From an uncultured delta proteobacterium (GTDB lineage: Bacteria > Desulfobacterota > Syntrophobacteria > Syntrophobacterales > Syntrophobacteraceae): a stretch of DNA of 64,000 bases. The stretch covers positions 9,105 to 73,104 of the forward strand of contig CAWEHK010000052.1 in NCBI GenBank assembly GCA_963808625.1, in the 5' to 3' direction. The translations under genes and the position numbers were made by a program. Under the pieces are notes generated by a model. The model did no database searches and was not told the DNA's origin. It worked only from the letters and a program-made list of their open reading frames with translations. Shown in pieces: positions 9,663 to 19,492 of the stretch. Each line of letters starts with the position of its first letter. Position 1 is the stretch's first letter.

Positions 9663-11515
9663 ATGAACGGGTATATGGGAAAAACCTTAATGGTTGATCT
9701 ATCAAAGGGGACCATCGAATCCCGGAACATCCCTCAATCCTGGTACGATGACTTCCTGGGCGGGGAGGGCCTGGCCGTCCGGCTTTTCCATGATTATGCA
9801 GACCCGTCCCGGGAACCCTACGATCCGGAAACACCGGTCATCTTTGCCACCGGCCCTTTGAACGGGACGATGGCTCCGGAAGGCGGGAGGCTGGTTGTGG
9901 TCTTTCGTTCACCGGCCACTACCACTTTGGGCATCGCCAATGTGGGAGGGCATTTCGCCCCCGCGCTGAAAAAGGCCGGCTATGATCTGTTGTTGGTAAA
10001 AGGGAGATCGTCCAAACCGGTCTGGTTGAAAATCAAGGATGATCAGGTGAGTATCGAGGATGCCGCCGCCCTCTGGGGCCAAAAGATCAGCCTCACCGAA
10101 GAGGCCATCCAGGGGGAAATGGGTAAAAACGCCCAGGTCATTTCCATCGGGCCGGCGGGAGAGAATCTCGTGCGTTTCTCCTCCCTCATGACGCAGAAGC
10201 ATCGCGCCGCCGGCCGCGGGGGCGGCGGGGCCATTCTGGGTTCCAAGAATCTGAAAGCCATCGGAGTAGTGGGCACCAAGGAAGTTTCCGTGGCCGACCC
10301 TGAAGCCCTGAAAGCGGCTTCCGAAAAGGCCAGGGAGCAGATCCAGGCCGAGGCGTTCACCGCGGGTCTCCTGAAACCTTTCGGGACCCCCGGTTTTTAC
10401 AACGCCATCAGCGCCACCGGGACCCTGCCCACCAAGAACTGGCAGCGGACCACCTATCCCGAATCCCACGAGGTCCTCGGGCCACGAGGCCTACCACAAG
10501 ACCCTGGAAGTCAAACCCTACGCCTGTGCCCAGTGCCACATCGCCTGCGGACGCAAGACCACGATCAAGGAAGGCCCTTATGCCGGCGAGAGCGGAGGAG
10601 GACCGGAATACGAAACCCTGGGGGCCTTCGGCAGCAAGTGCCTGATCAATGACGTCAGCGCAGTGGCCAAGCTGGGGTATGACTGCAACGAACTGGGTCT
10701 CGACACCATCAGCGCCGGTCAGATCCTGGCTACCGCGATGGAGTGGTATGACGGGGGATCCTGACCAAAGAAAAAGCCGACGGGCTCGAAATCACCTGGG
10801 GCAATGTCCCGGTTGCTCTCGAACTAATCCGCAAGATGGCCTACGGGAGGGGATCGGAGACCTCCTGGCCGAAGGCTCAAGAAGGCCGCCGAGAAACTCG
10901 GCGGGGAAGCCATGCGATTATGCCTTTCAAGTCAAAGGATTGGAAATGGCCTCCTGCGGCGTCCAGGCCAGCAAGGGAGAGGCGGTGGTCCATGCCGTCT
11001 CGCCGCGCGGCGCGGACCACCTGCGGCCTTACGCCTCGGTGGTCGATGCCTTCGGCTACCTCGACGAGGAACTGGGGATCACGGAGAAACCGAACCCCCT
11101 CGAAGACGGCCACAAGGCGTGGGTCAAGCCCCTGCAGGAACTCTCCATGGCCACCAACCTCCTGGGGGCCTGCCTGTTCGCCTCGATCTGTCTGGCGGTG
11201 AAAGGCAGCACCTGGGCCGCCCTCTTTACGGCAGTCACCGGCCGGGAACTGTCCCTCCGGGGCCTGCTGAAGGCCGCCGAGCGGGTCATCAACCTGGAGC
11301 GGATGATCAATGCCCGCTACGGCTTCGACCGCAAAGAAGACAAGCTGCCCAAGAGGCTTTTGCAGGAACCGGCAACCGACGGCGTCGGCCAGGGTCAGGT
11401 GGTGGATCTGGACAAGGTCCTGGACAGCTACTATGACGCCATGGGCTGGGATATCATCACCGGCCTGCCCAAACCGGAGAAATTGAAGGAACTAAACCTT
11501 GGCTGGACGATTTGA
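9663..11515 (+). CDS. aor: Aldehyde:ferredoxin oxidoreductase (W/Mo pterin family), frameshifted
   Basis: GYMGKTLMVDLS, LGGEGLA, SIGPAGEN, AAGRGGGGAILGSKNLKAI, GPEYETL, RGADHL, YYDAMGWD. Confidence 0.92.
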
Positions 11516-11605
11516 ATCGTGATCTGAGGACATTCTCGCGATTAACAATAAGCCCTTGCCGGCGTCGGAGGGTGAGCAGTGTCTTTGGCCTTGGTGACCT
11601 CGACC

Positions 11606-12562
11606 CTACCTTGACATGCGCTTTCTCGCCAGAATCGCACGGGCGGCGACAAACGCCCGCACGCCGAGCAGCGCCAGGGCGCCGGCGATGGTCCCCGCGA
11701 GGACGTCGAGGAGGAGCGGCGTCAGCGTCTTGAGCAAGCCGCCGACAGCCGCGATTTCGCCAGTCAGTATGGCAGCGCGCTCGATCAGGTGGTGCAGCGG
11801 CGGGATGCCGTGCGTCAGGATGCCGCCGCCGACCATGAACATTGCCGCCGTCCCGATGACCGCCAGCGCCTTCATCATGCGCGGCGCCGCCAGCAGCAGG
11901 CCCTTGCCGATCGTTTGCGCCAGCGCGCCGGGTCGCTTGAGCAGGTGGAACCCCAGGTCGTCTATCTTGACGATGCCGGCGACGACGCCATAAACGCCAA
12001 CCGTCATGATCAGGCCAATCCCGGAAAGCACCGCAACCTGGGTGGTGAACGGCTGCTCGGCGACGGTGCCGAGCGCAATGACGACGATTTCAGCCGAAAG
12101 CACGAAGTCGGTCCGAATGGCTCCCCTGATCTTGCCAGCCTCGAATGCCGCCAGGTTGACCTCTTGATCGGCCGGCCCGGTGATGTGCCCCGCTTGCGGC
12201 GCTTGCGCTTCATCATTGCCGGCCGGGTGCAACCACCGGTGTGCCAGTTTCTCGACCCCTTCGAGGCACAGGTAAAGGCCGCCAAGCATCAGCAGCGGCA
12301 TCACCGCCCAAGGAATGAGGCTGCTGATCGCCAGTGCCGCTGGCACCAGGATCAGCTTGTTTTTCAGCGAACCGAGGGCGACCGCCCAGACCACCGGCAA
12401 CTCGCGCTCGGCTCGCACCCCTGCCACCTGTTGCGCGTTCAGCGCCAGGTCATCACCAAGGACGCCGGCCGTCTTCTTAACGGCAACCTTGGTCATCAAG
12501 GCGACGTCATCGAGAACGCTAGCAATGTCATCAATCAGGGCAAGCAGGCTGCCTCCGGCCAT
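11606..12562 (-). CDS. DUF808 family inner-membrane protein (YedI-like)
   Basis: LLALIDDIASVLDD, KKTAGVLGDDLALNAQQV, GAIRTDFVLSAEI, AAMFMVGGGI. Confidence 0.9.
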   Translation of the reverse strand: MAGGSLLALIDDIASVLDDVALMTKVAVKKTAGVLGDDLALNAQQVAGVRAERELPVVWAVALGSLKNKLILVPAALAISSLIPWAVMPLLMLGGLYLCLEGVEKLAHRWLHPAGNDEAQAPQAGHITGPADQEVNLAAFEAGKIRGAIRTDFVLSAEIVVIALGTVAEQPFTTQVAVLSGIGLIMTVGVYGVVAGIVKIDDLGFHLLKRPGALAQTIGKGLLLAAPRMMKALAVIGTAAMFMVGGGILTHGIPPLHHLIERAAILTGEIAAVGGLLKTLTPLLLDVLAGTIAGALALLGVRAFVAARAILARKRMSR

Positions 12563-12829
12563 CGAGCTTTCCTCTTCCGTGGGTGGTTACGCCGTGGTCG
12601 CGCCGACCGGGTCAGGTGAGTCATGAACTCCAGGGCAAAACCAACGGCCCTTACTCGAAAACGCCAAAAAGTATTGGTGATCTCAGGTATTTTTTACACG
12701 CCCTTGCACCCCGTTAAAGAATGTTTATTAGAAGTTTGTTAACTTTCCGTATTAATGTGCTCAATTCGTATAACCCGGCAAACCAGTGTCGATATGGCTC
12801 AATAATTATCTCACCTGAGGAGGGTAGCG

Positions 12830-14251
12830 ATGAAGAAAAATGTCGTGCTGTTTGTATTTTTGCTCCTTTTTTCCTCTGCCTTGATAGCCTGGAGCTTTGA
12901 TGACGCGCGGGCCGGTGAAGAGGTAAGGGCCGTTGTCCTTGTGGACAGCAAGTTGTACAAGGAGATAAGGCCTTTGCTCAATACTTACCTCGACTTGGCA
13001 AAGCAGAGGAGGGGGTTCGACATCATCCTCAACAGCGTCAAGGGGATAGACAAGTGGGACCACACGGAAGTGAAGCAGCACCTGATTGCTTTGAAGCAGA
13101 AGTATCCCTCGATGGATGGCGCCCTGCTGGTGGGAAATATCGCTCTCCCGACTTTCTTCAAGCCACGATCAGACATATTTCAGGTCAGGTATTTCACGCA
13201 GTACTACGAGGACCTCGACGGGGTATTCGAGAGACGACAGGCGCCGGGATCCATAGACCCTAAATGTGCGGGTCCCGAGGGCGGCTATTTCTGCAACGTG
13301 TACGATAATTGGACTGTTCCTGAACATGACTTCGATTACATGGAAGACCGAGCCGGCAACGGTCCCGAGATCTGGGTTGCCCTCATGCCCGTGGGCCTCA
13401 CCGATCGTCATGACAACAAATACAAGGATTGGGGACGTCAGCTTGAACCGTATCTCGAGAAGGTCATCGGGTTTTACCGGGGAGAGATTGTCCCTGACCG
13501 GAAAATGTACCAGGTGAGCAACCAGCTCTGGGACCTTTCGGCACAGTGGCATCATTACGGCCCCGAGAACATCGATTTCTACGCGATGAATCCCGACCCC
13601 AAGGGAACGGTGCCTCCCGGTATGCCTTCAGCTTACTATTGCATGAATGGAAGAACCGCGTCTGACTGTTACGTCAGGGCTCCCATGGAGGATTACTCAA
13701 GTTTTGCGGCTTTCTGGGATTATTACCAGACGAGGGAATGGATGGGTGAGGAATGGCAGTCACCTCTGATTTTCAGGGACCATATGCAGGCGAACAACTA
13801 CCAGTTCGTCTGGGCCAACGTCCACTCCGCGTCCTTTGTTTCGGTGCTCTCCTCGGAATGGGCCAGGAATCTCGTCAACGGCGGCCTCGTCTATCTGGCC
13901 TCGGGATGCAACGTCGCCGAGTTCTATCAGCCCAAATCGTCATCTCCCGTCGAGGAATACACATCGGTCCAGGACAACGTTCTAATGTCCTACTTGTACG
14001 GAACTTCGAACTTCATCACCGCCTTCGGCGATCCCTTTTACCGCGGTCACGACGCCAATTTCCAGCACCTGATGGCCTTTGTTCACCAGGGAGACTATCT
14101 CGGCAAGGCCCACCACGAGCGGATGAAGAAGTACCACTGGAAAGATCCGTGGACGGGCGAAGCACTGCGTCTCTACGATCTGAAGGAGAACACCAAAGAG
14201 ATGCTGCTCGGAGACCCCTTCCTCGATCTTCAGGATGCGTCGGGGAATTAG
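12830..14251 (+). CDS. Secreted protein resembling peptidase C25 (gingipain-like, clan CD)
   Basis: Signal peptide; ALLVGN, YYEDLDG, PEIWVALMP, putative His (NVHS) and Cys (SGCN) dyad, terminal MLLGDP. Confidence 0.6.
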   Translation: MKKNVVLFVFLLLFSSALIAWSFDDARAGEEVRAVVLVDSKLYKEIRPLLNTYLDLAKQRRGFDIILNSVKGIDKWDHTEVKQHLIALKQKYPSMDGALLVGNIALPTFFKPRSDIFQVRYFTQYYEDLDGVFERRQAPGSIDPKCAGPEGGYFCNVYDNWTVPEHDFDYMEDRAGNGPEIWVALMPVGLTDRHDNKYKDWGRQLEPYLEKVIGFYRGEIVPDRKMYQVSNQLWDLSAQWHHYGPENIDFYAMNPDPKGTVPPGMPSAYYCMNGRTASDCYVRAPMEDYSSFAAFWDYYQTREWMGEEWQSPLIFRDHMQANNYQFVWANVHSASFVSVLSSEWARNLVNGGLVYLASGCNVAEFYQPKSSSPVEEYTSVQDNVLMSYLYGTSNFITAFGDPFYRGHDANFQHLMAFVHQGDYLGKAHHERMKKYHWKDPWTGEALRLYDLKENTKEMLLGDPFLDLQDASGN

Positions 14252-14318
14252 TCGTTTGATTTAAGACGGGCGCGGGTTTTACCCCTCTGCCTGAGGTCGC
14301 TCAATGGAGGAAAGGAAC

Positions 14319-15461
14319 ATGAAAAAAGGCTTGTTTGTGATCATTTGTCTGTTTCTTTTTTTGGTCTTGGGTGCAACGGGTTCCCAATGCGAAGAAACCA
14401 AACTGATCGTCAGGGATAAAGATGGACTGCGGGAGGCGGGCAGCGTCTTTTTTTTCTATGAATTGGTATGGCCCGGTTACGGGAACTTTGTGTACCCGTT
14501 TCTCAAGGTACACTACACAACTCACACCCATTACACCCCCGGAAGCATCCCTAAGGTCCCTGCTTGCTTGAAGGAAACGCACCTGGAGGTTACTGATTCC
14601 CCGGCTGGCATTCCCCAGAAAGAGGGGAAACCAGCGATTAAGAACTTCACTTTTTCAGAGAAGCACGACTGTGTCACAGGATTTACCTACGCGATTCCCA
14701 TGGACTTGAACGAGGGGCAGATACTCTATACTGCCGCCCATGCGAAGGTCAAAGTCCTTGATTATCTGCAGGACATTCAGACGGCATTGCCCGAATCCAT
14801 GTATATGGCGGCGGTCTCCCCGGGAGATTCCGGCAAACCAAGCTACTTTGACATACAGTTGTTCGGGGAAAACATCCTCGATGGCAGGTATGAGGGCTGG
14901 AGTGCGGACGGAAATGGCATCATTGACTCGCCTTGTTCGGCCCGGGTCTTCTCAAGCTATGAATACCCAAACATACCTGTAGAAGCCGTGTCAATCAGGT
15001 ATAATCTCGATCTGGTCAACTGGGTCCTGAATCAGCACTTCGTTGGCCGCCAGTCAACGGGTAAATTCGGGATTAACACCTGGGCTGACGTCCAGTACGC
15101 CATCTGGAAATTGATCGAGTTTCCAAACAATCAGTATGTGACACATCTCACCCAGGATGCCATTGATTCCCTCATGAACCTTTATAGCTCGGACAGGGTC
15201 CGGGAAATCGTAAATGCCGCTTTGACCCGGGGAGAGGGATTCGTTCCCATGTGCAACGACCAGATGGCAATTGTTGTCGCGCCTAAAAATGGCGCCCAAA
15301 CCGCAATCTTGCAGGCACGTCCCAAAGACCTGGTTAAACCCTGCAGCACAAACGACGGCAACGCCTGGGCTTATGGCAACCAAACCAACTCGTTCCCATT
15401 TCCAGGAGACCCTGACGCTTCCTACTTTGTCTATCAGGTGGAGCCGCCAATCGGAGAGTAG
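14319..15461 (+). CDS. Secreted hypothetical protein with a thioester-domain-like region
   Basis: Signal peptide; YEGWSAD, NLDLVNWVLNQ, DVQYAIWKLI motifs. Confidence 0.55.
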   Translation: MKKGLFVIICLFLFLVLGATGSQCEETKLIVRDKDGLREAGSVFFFYELVWPGYGNFVYPFLKVHYTTHTHYTPGSIPKVPACLKETHLEVTDSPAGIPQKEGKPAIKNFTFSEKHDCVTGFTYAIPMDLNEGQILYTAAHAKVKVLDYLQDIQTALPESMYMAAVSPGDSGKPSYFDIQLFGENILDGRYEGWSADGNGIIDSPCSARVFSSYEYPNIPVEAVSIRYNLDLVNWVLNQHFVGRQSTGKFGINTWADVQYAIWKLIEFPNNQYVTHLTQDAIDSLMNLYSSDRVREIVNAALTRGEGFVPMCNDQMAIVVAPKNGAQTAILQARPKDLVKPCSTNDGNAWAYGNQTNSFPFPGDPDASYFVYQVEPPIGE

Positions 15462-15502
15462 CAGAATTGAAGATGACCGGTGAGGAATCCGACCGTCCAA
15501 TG

Positions 15503-15535
15503 AAAAAAGGGCTTGGCAACATTGGCCAACCCCCT
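15503..15535. terminator. Probable bidirectional terminator hairpin
   Basis: aaaaaagggcttggc-aacattg-gccaacccctttc between convergent genes. Confidence 0.6.
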
Positions 15536-15648
15536 TTCCTTTAATGCAATCTCAGGTGACTCGGAGGGATCAGTTCGTCTGACCATTAAATGAGGTAGAA
15601 TAGCAGGGGTGTGCGCATTGGTACAAAATACACCTGAAATCTTGTCAG

Positions 15649-16200
15649 TCATGGAAGTCCCCCGATGGGTACGAGAGGAAAGTCAATCGTCGGCATGGAT
15701 GCGGATGAACTTCTCGGGCTGCTCAACAAGGCCTCTGCGAACGAGTGGCGTGCGATGCCTGACTTAGGAGGCATAGGAAAGGGGCTGAGACACCGACTGG
15801 CAGGAGTGCCTTCGTAGTGGGCCATGACCATTTGCAACGCTACCAGAAAAAGGATGATGGAGCCCGCTATCTGCAAAGATACGATGGAGAGATGCCACTT
15901 CCCGAGAAGGAATTGGCCCGCTGTAGCTGCAAGCACCAGGGCCATGGTGGAAATCCAGAAGGCCCGGAGCGCAATACTGCGGCGCAGACTGTCATCGGCG
16001 GGACCGGTCACCTTGACGAAAGGACCGATGATCTTGATGGGGCCCAGCATAATGAACAACCTCAGGGTGAACACCTGGTTGATGGGATGGATGAGATGCT
16101 TTCCGGGCGCCACGGATTCAGTCTGTGCCAGGGCCAGCGAGGCGCACAAAACCACCGGTGCCAGCAGTGGGAGTCCTGCGATCACTTTCATTGTTTTTTC
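15649..16200 (-). pseudogene. MarC-family membrane protein, truncated or degenerate
   Basis: FIMLGPIKIIGPF, LQIAGSIILFLVALQMV, FPLVPIGG; the C-terminal TM half is missing. Confidence 0.6.
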
Positions 16201-16272
16201 CATATCCTTATCCTTCTCTCGTCCTTCCACTTCAGGCATCTCCACAGAATGATGGGTCCATAATGCCGGCCC

Positions 16273-16450
16273 GTCATTCCCGCATGCTCCCCGCCTAAAT
16301 GTTCATGAAAGGATGTTTCACCCCCGATGATGAAAATTGATACCCCAAAAGTCCAATGATTTCATGGGGGTTATTTTCACGGTAAAGCCTGCGGGGACAA
16401 GCTTCGACGGGAATCCAGGAGAAAAGGCTGGACGCCCGCCTTCGCACCTG
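16273..16450. repeat. Family C REP-like palindrome (GTCATTCCCGC...GGGAATCCAG) interrupted by nested inserts
   Basis: gtcattcccgcatgct ... gacgggaatccagga...ctggacgcccgccttcgc with about 120 nt of inserted sequence. Confidence 0.55.
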
Positions 16451-16511
16451 GGCTTCAACTTAGGGCTATGTCGGCAGCCTTGGCTTAACTCAGGTGCTCA
16501 TCCGGCTTAGA

Positions 16512-16600
16512 GTCCCCCTTTTCTAAAGGGGGATTTAGGGGTATTTTCGAATACTTAGACTAAAATCCCCCCCAACCCCCCTTTCAGAAAAGGGGGGAGT
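16512..16600. repeat. CCCCCTTT-N-AAAGGGGG double-hairpin repeat
   Basis: tcccccttttctaaagggggatttagggg ... ccccccaacccccctttcagaaaaggggggag. Confidence 0.65.
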
Positions 16601-16681
16601 CCTTCGTTAAGTTGACGCCCATGCGCCTTGGCCGGCATGACTTATGGGTATTCGACAGCCATCTTGCTGGGGTGCTCTGTC

Positions 16682-17040
16682 CTAAGGCGCAGGAACAACC
16701 TGATACGTCAGCGTACTGCCCTGGTAGGCGGGCATGTAATAAGTGGAACCGCACTGCTGATAGGTCATACCCCCGACACAGACCGATGAGCATCCGGTGG
16801 GCTGGCTGGCCACATAAGATCCAACAGCGACTTCCGTGCCGACCACCGCGGCGGTCCTCACCGCAGCCCCCCAGTCCCAGCCGGGGCCGTGACCGACATC
16901 GATGTCCACATCACGGTTGACGTTGACGTTTCCGCTCCGATTCACGTTGACGTTCCGGTTGCGGGCATCCACATTGCTGAGATCGACGTTCATATTGCTG
17001 CGGTTCGCATCCCGGTTGCCCCAATTGACATCAGCTCTCC
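16682..17040 (-). pseudogene. Asn/Val-repeat exported-type protein fragment (no clear start or signal peptide)
   Basis: NRNVNVNRSGNVNVNRDVDIDV low-complexity repeat and C-terminal GC..V.VGGMTYQQCGSTYYMPAYQG..TYQVVPAP. Confidence 0.5.
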
Positions 17041-17042
17041 GA

Positions 17043-17738
17043 TTACGTGTCTTCTCCGAGCCAGCGATACACGATTCCCCCCAGGGCGGCACCCACCAGC
17101 GGCGCCACCCAGAAGACCCAGAGCTGTGCCAACGCCCAGCCACCCACAAAGATCGCCGGGCCGGTACTCCGCGCAGGATTGACCGAGAGATTGGTAATCG
17201 GTATGCCGATCAGATGAATCAAAGTCAGGCAAAGACCAATAGCGATAGGTGCGAACCCTTGGGGAGCGCGTTTATCAGTTGATCCCATAATAACGAACAG
17301 GAACATGAAGGTCAGGACCACTTCCGCAAGCAGTGCAGACTGCATCGCGTATCCACCCGGAGAGTTGGGGCCGTAGCCGTTGGCGGCAAAGCCGGCACTC
17401 AGAGAAAACCCTGCCTTCCCGGTGGCAATCAGATAAAGCACTGACGAAGCGACGACAGCGCCTGCAACCTGAGCAATGATGTATGGAATCAAATCAGATG
17501 TCGGGAAACGCTTGCCGACCCACAACCCGACCGATACAGCGGGATTGAGATGGCAGCCGGATATATGACCTATCGCGTAGGCCATGGTGAGCACCGTCAA
17601 ACCAAAGGCGAGGGACACACCCAACAGGCCGATCCCGACATTCGGGAAGGCGGCGGCAAACACTGCGCTGCCACACCCGCCGAGAACCAGCCAAAAGGTT
17701 CCAAGAAACTCCGCGAACGAACGTTTTGCCAAGCTCAT
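17043..17738 (-). CDS. aqpZ: Aquaporin Z
   Basis: [38 protein letters not shown] (two NPA motifs). Confidence 0.97.
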   Translation of the reverse strand: MSLAKRSFAEFLGTFWLVLGGCGSAVFAAAFPNVGIGLLGVSLAFGLTVLTMAYAIGHISGCHLNPAVSVGLWVGKRFPTSDLIPYIIAQVAGAVVASSVLYLIATGKAGFSLSAGFAANGYGPNSPGGYAMQSALLAEVVLTFMFLFVIMGSTDKRAPQGFAPIAIGLCLTLIHLIGIPITNLSVNPARSTGPAIFVGGWALAQLWVFWVAPLVGAALGGIVYRWLGEDT

Positions 17739-17750
17739 AACATTCTCCTT

Positions 17751-18227
17751 CTAAGTGTTGGTTAAAGCACTTACTGCGAAGAGCACAGCCCGAGCAGAGA
17801 CTTCCTCAGCGGGCGTATCGCTCGAGTTCTCGATCCGGTCAGCCTCGATCAGGTGCGCGCCCCTTGCGCCCTTGGTTTTTTCTGAATTGCCGTGAATCAT
17901 GTCGATCAGCGCCTGGTCATCAACCGGCTTCTTGAAGTAGCCTTTCGCGCCCATTTCCCGAACGCGCTCTCTGCTTTGTGCGTCATCCAGAGCGGACAGC
18001 ACGATCACCGGAACATAGGTCCCTCGGGCCGAGAGGATTTGCAAAAGGTCGAAGCCATCCATGCCGGGCATACAGAGATCCAGAATAAGGCAATCTTGAC
18101 TCGATGGGGTGACCCTCTCCAGAAACTCAGTGGCTGATGAGAACTTCAGAGCGTCGAAACCGGCGACCCTCATGAGCACGTCCATTGCATCCAGTAACGA
18201 TTCATCGTCGTCTATGATGTAGACCAT
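17751..18227 (-). CDS. Single-domain response regulator (FixJ-like receiver)
   Basis: IIDDD, CLILDLCMPGMDG, VIVLSA, YFKKPVDD. Confidence 0.85.
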   Translation of the reverse strand: MVYIIDDDESLLDAMDVLMRVAGFDALKFSSATEFLERVTPSSQDCLILDLCMPGMDGFDLLQILSARGTYVPVIVLSALDDAQSRERVREMGAKGYFKKPVDDQALIDMIHGNSEKTKGARGAHLIEADRIENSSDTPAEEVSARAVLFAVSALTNT

Positions 18228-18284
18228 GCTGTTCCCCTCTGACTCAAGGCTTCGGCACCATCGCTTCAGCACGTGCAGTTGTGT

Positions 18285-18339
18285 ATAGTCATCGTGACGT
18301 GCAGCCGTCTATAACACTTTAGTTCTACGAACCGGCCCC
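18285..18339 (-). promoter_or_regulatory. Duplicated ~55-bp upstream element, copy 1
   Basis: atagtcatcgtgacgtgcagccgtctataacactttagttctacgaaccggcccc; near-identical copy at 20938-20991. Confidence 0.6.
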
Positions 18340-18347
18340 TCTGCTGC

Positions 18348-18476
18348 TATAGATTTTCAGCAAAACAGCTTCAAGATCTGTGGGGCAGGCTTTCCAACCT
18401 GCCTGAGCCTCTTGGCAGGCTGGAAAGCCTGCCCCACATGAGCACTGCCGTGAAATTAATTATCTGAAAATCTATA
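18348..18476. mobile_element. MITE-like element with 13-bp TIRs enclosing a REP-like hairpin
   Basis: TATAGATTTTCAG ... CTGAAAATCTATA perfect inverted repeats; internal tgtggggcaggctttccaacctgcc / ggcaggctggaaagcctgccccaca; half copy near 41545. Confidence 0.65.
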
Positions 18477-18505
18477 CTCGTTAAGGATGAAAAGGTCCTC
18501 TTTTT

Positions 18506-18590
18506 ACCGCGGAGAACGGCAGAGTACGCAGAGAGATTTCGCTATGAAATCATTAGGTTTCTCTGCGATCTCAGCGTGCTCTGCGGTGAA
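18506..18590. repeat. Family A palindromic repeat
   Basis: accgcggagaacggcagagtacgcagag ... ctctgcgatctcagcgtgctctgcggt. Confidence 0.7.
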
Positions 18591-18713
18591 TTCATAAGTC
18601 TGCCAAAACGAAGGTTCTCAGCCTAAACGATTATATATCCATCGACGAAGCGGTTGCACCGATGGGCGCGCCCGCCACCGCGCATGGTTATCCCATGCAA
18701 TTTGCGGCTCCAA

Positions 18714-18846
18714 GCGGGTGACTAAAAAGCCCTTCTCTCCCATCACCCCGGCGAAGGCCGGGGTCCAGAAGGTCTTAAAAAACCTGGATTCCGGCTTTCC
18801 CCGGAATGACGCAAGGTGATTCGGGAGACCTTTTTGGACACCCTCC
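18714..18846. repeat. Family C palindrome inside imperfect inverted repeats
   Basis: tcaccccggcgaaggccggggtccag ... ctggattccggctttccccggaatgac flanked by gggtgactaaaaag / ctttttggacaccc. Confidence 0.65.
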
Positions 18847-18950
18847 AAGAGGGAGTATTTTGGGTTGGTGCGATCAGTTTGGAGAGTATTTCAAGAAGGC
18901 TGGCACGGGGAGGGCTTGGGCATAGAAGCGTTCCCCAGTGCTAACGACTT

Positions 18951-19406
18951 TCAGTAGACCCACTTGCCTCCGGAGAACCGAAAAATTTCAGTGATTTCAG
19001 TCTTGGGCTCACAGGTAAAGGGACCCCGCCTGGCTTCCTCCGCAGTTTTTCCCTGGGCCGCGCAGGTCACTATTTCGTATAAGATCTTGCCGACAAAAGG
19101 AGTGACCTTCTGGTCGGTTTTCTTGATCTCGTACGATTTGGGTTCCTTCACGGCATCGTACGTGGCTATAAACGCCGCATCGCCGCCCGAAGCCTTGTCG
19201 ACCCGCATACTTTTCTCGCCATAATTTCCTTCGGTATTCAGCTTCTTCATCCAGTCCTTCTGAAATTGGACGAAGCTTTTCTCTGCCTGCACCTCGTCCG
19301 CTGCCAGCCCAACGGAGGCGAGACTCGCGACAAGACCCAGAATGAGCAACCCAATTCCTATAAACCTTATCTTATTCACGGCAACCCTTGCCTTTCTCAT
19401 GGTCAT
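18951..19406 (-). CDS. Small exported hypothetical protein
   Basis: Hydrophobic signal segment ending VGLAA; C-terminal ITEIFRFSGGKWVY; directly downstream of the OmpA gene. Confidence 0.7.
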   Translation of the reverse strand: MTMRKARVAVNKIRFIGIGLLILGLVASLASVGLAADEVQAEKSFVQFQKDWMKKLNTEGNYGEKSMRVDKASGGDAAFIATYDAVKEPKSYEIKKTDQKVTPFVGKILYEIVTCAAQGKTAEEARRGPFTCEPKTEITEIFRFSGGKWVY

Positions 19407-19492
19407 TTTCCAACTTTCCTGCTGAGGGGTGGTGGAGGCCTTTTGGGTCACAGACAGGATGCCCGTGACCCAAAAGGATTCTCGTTTGCGCG

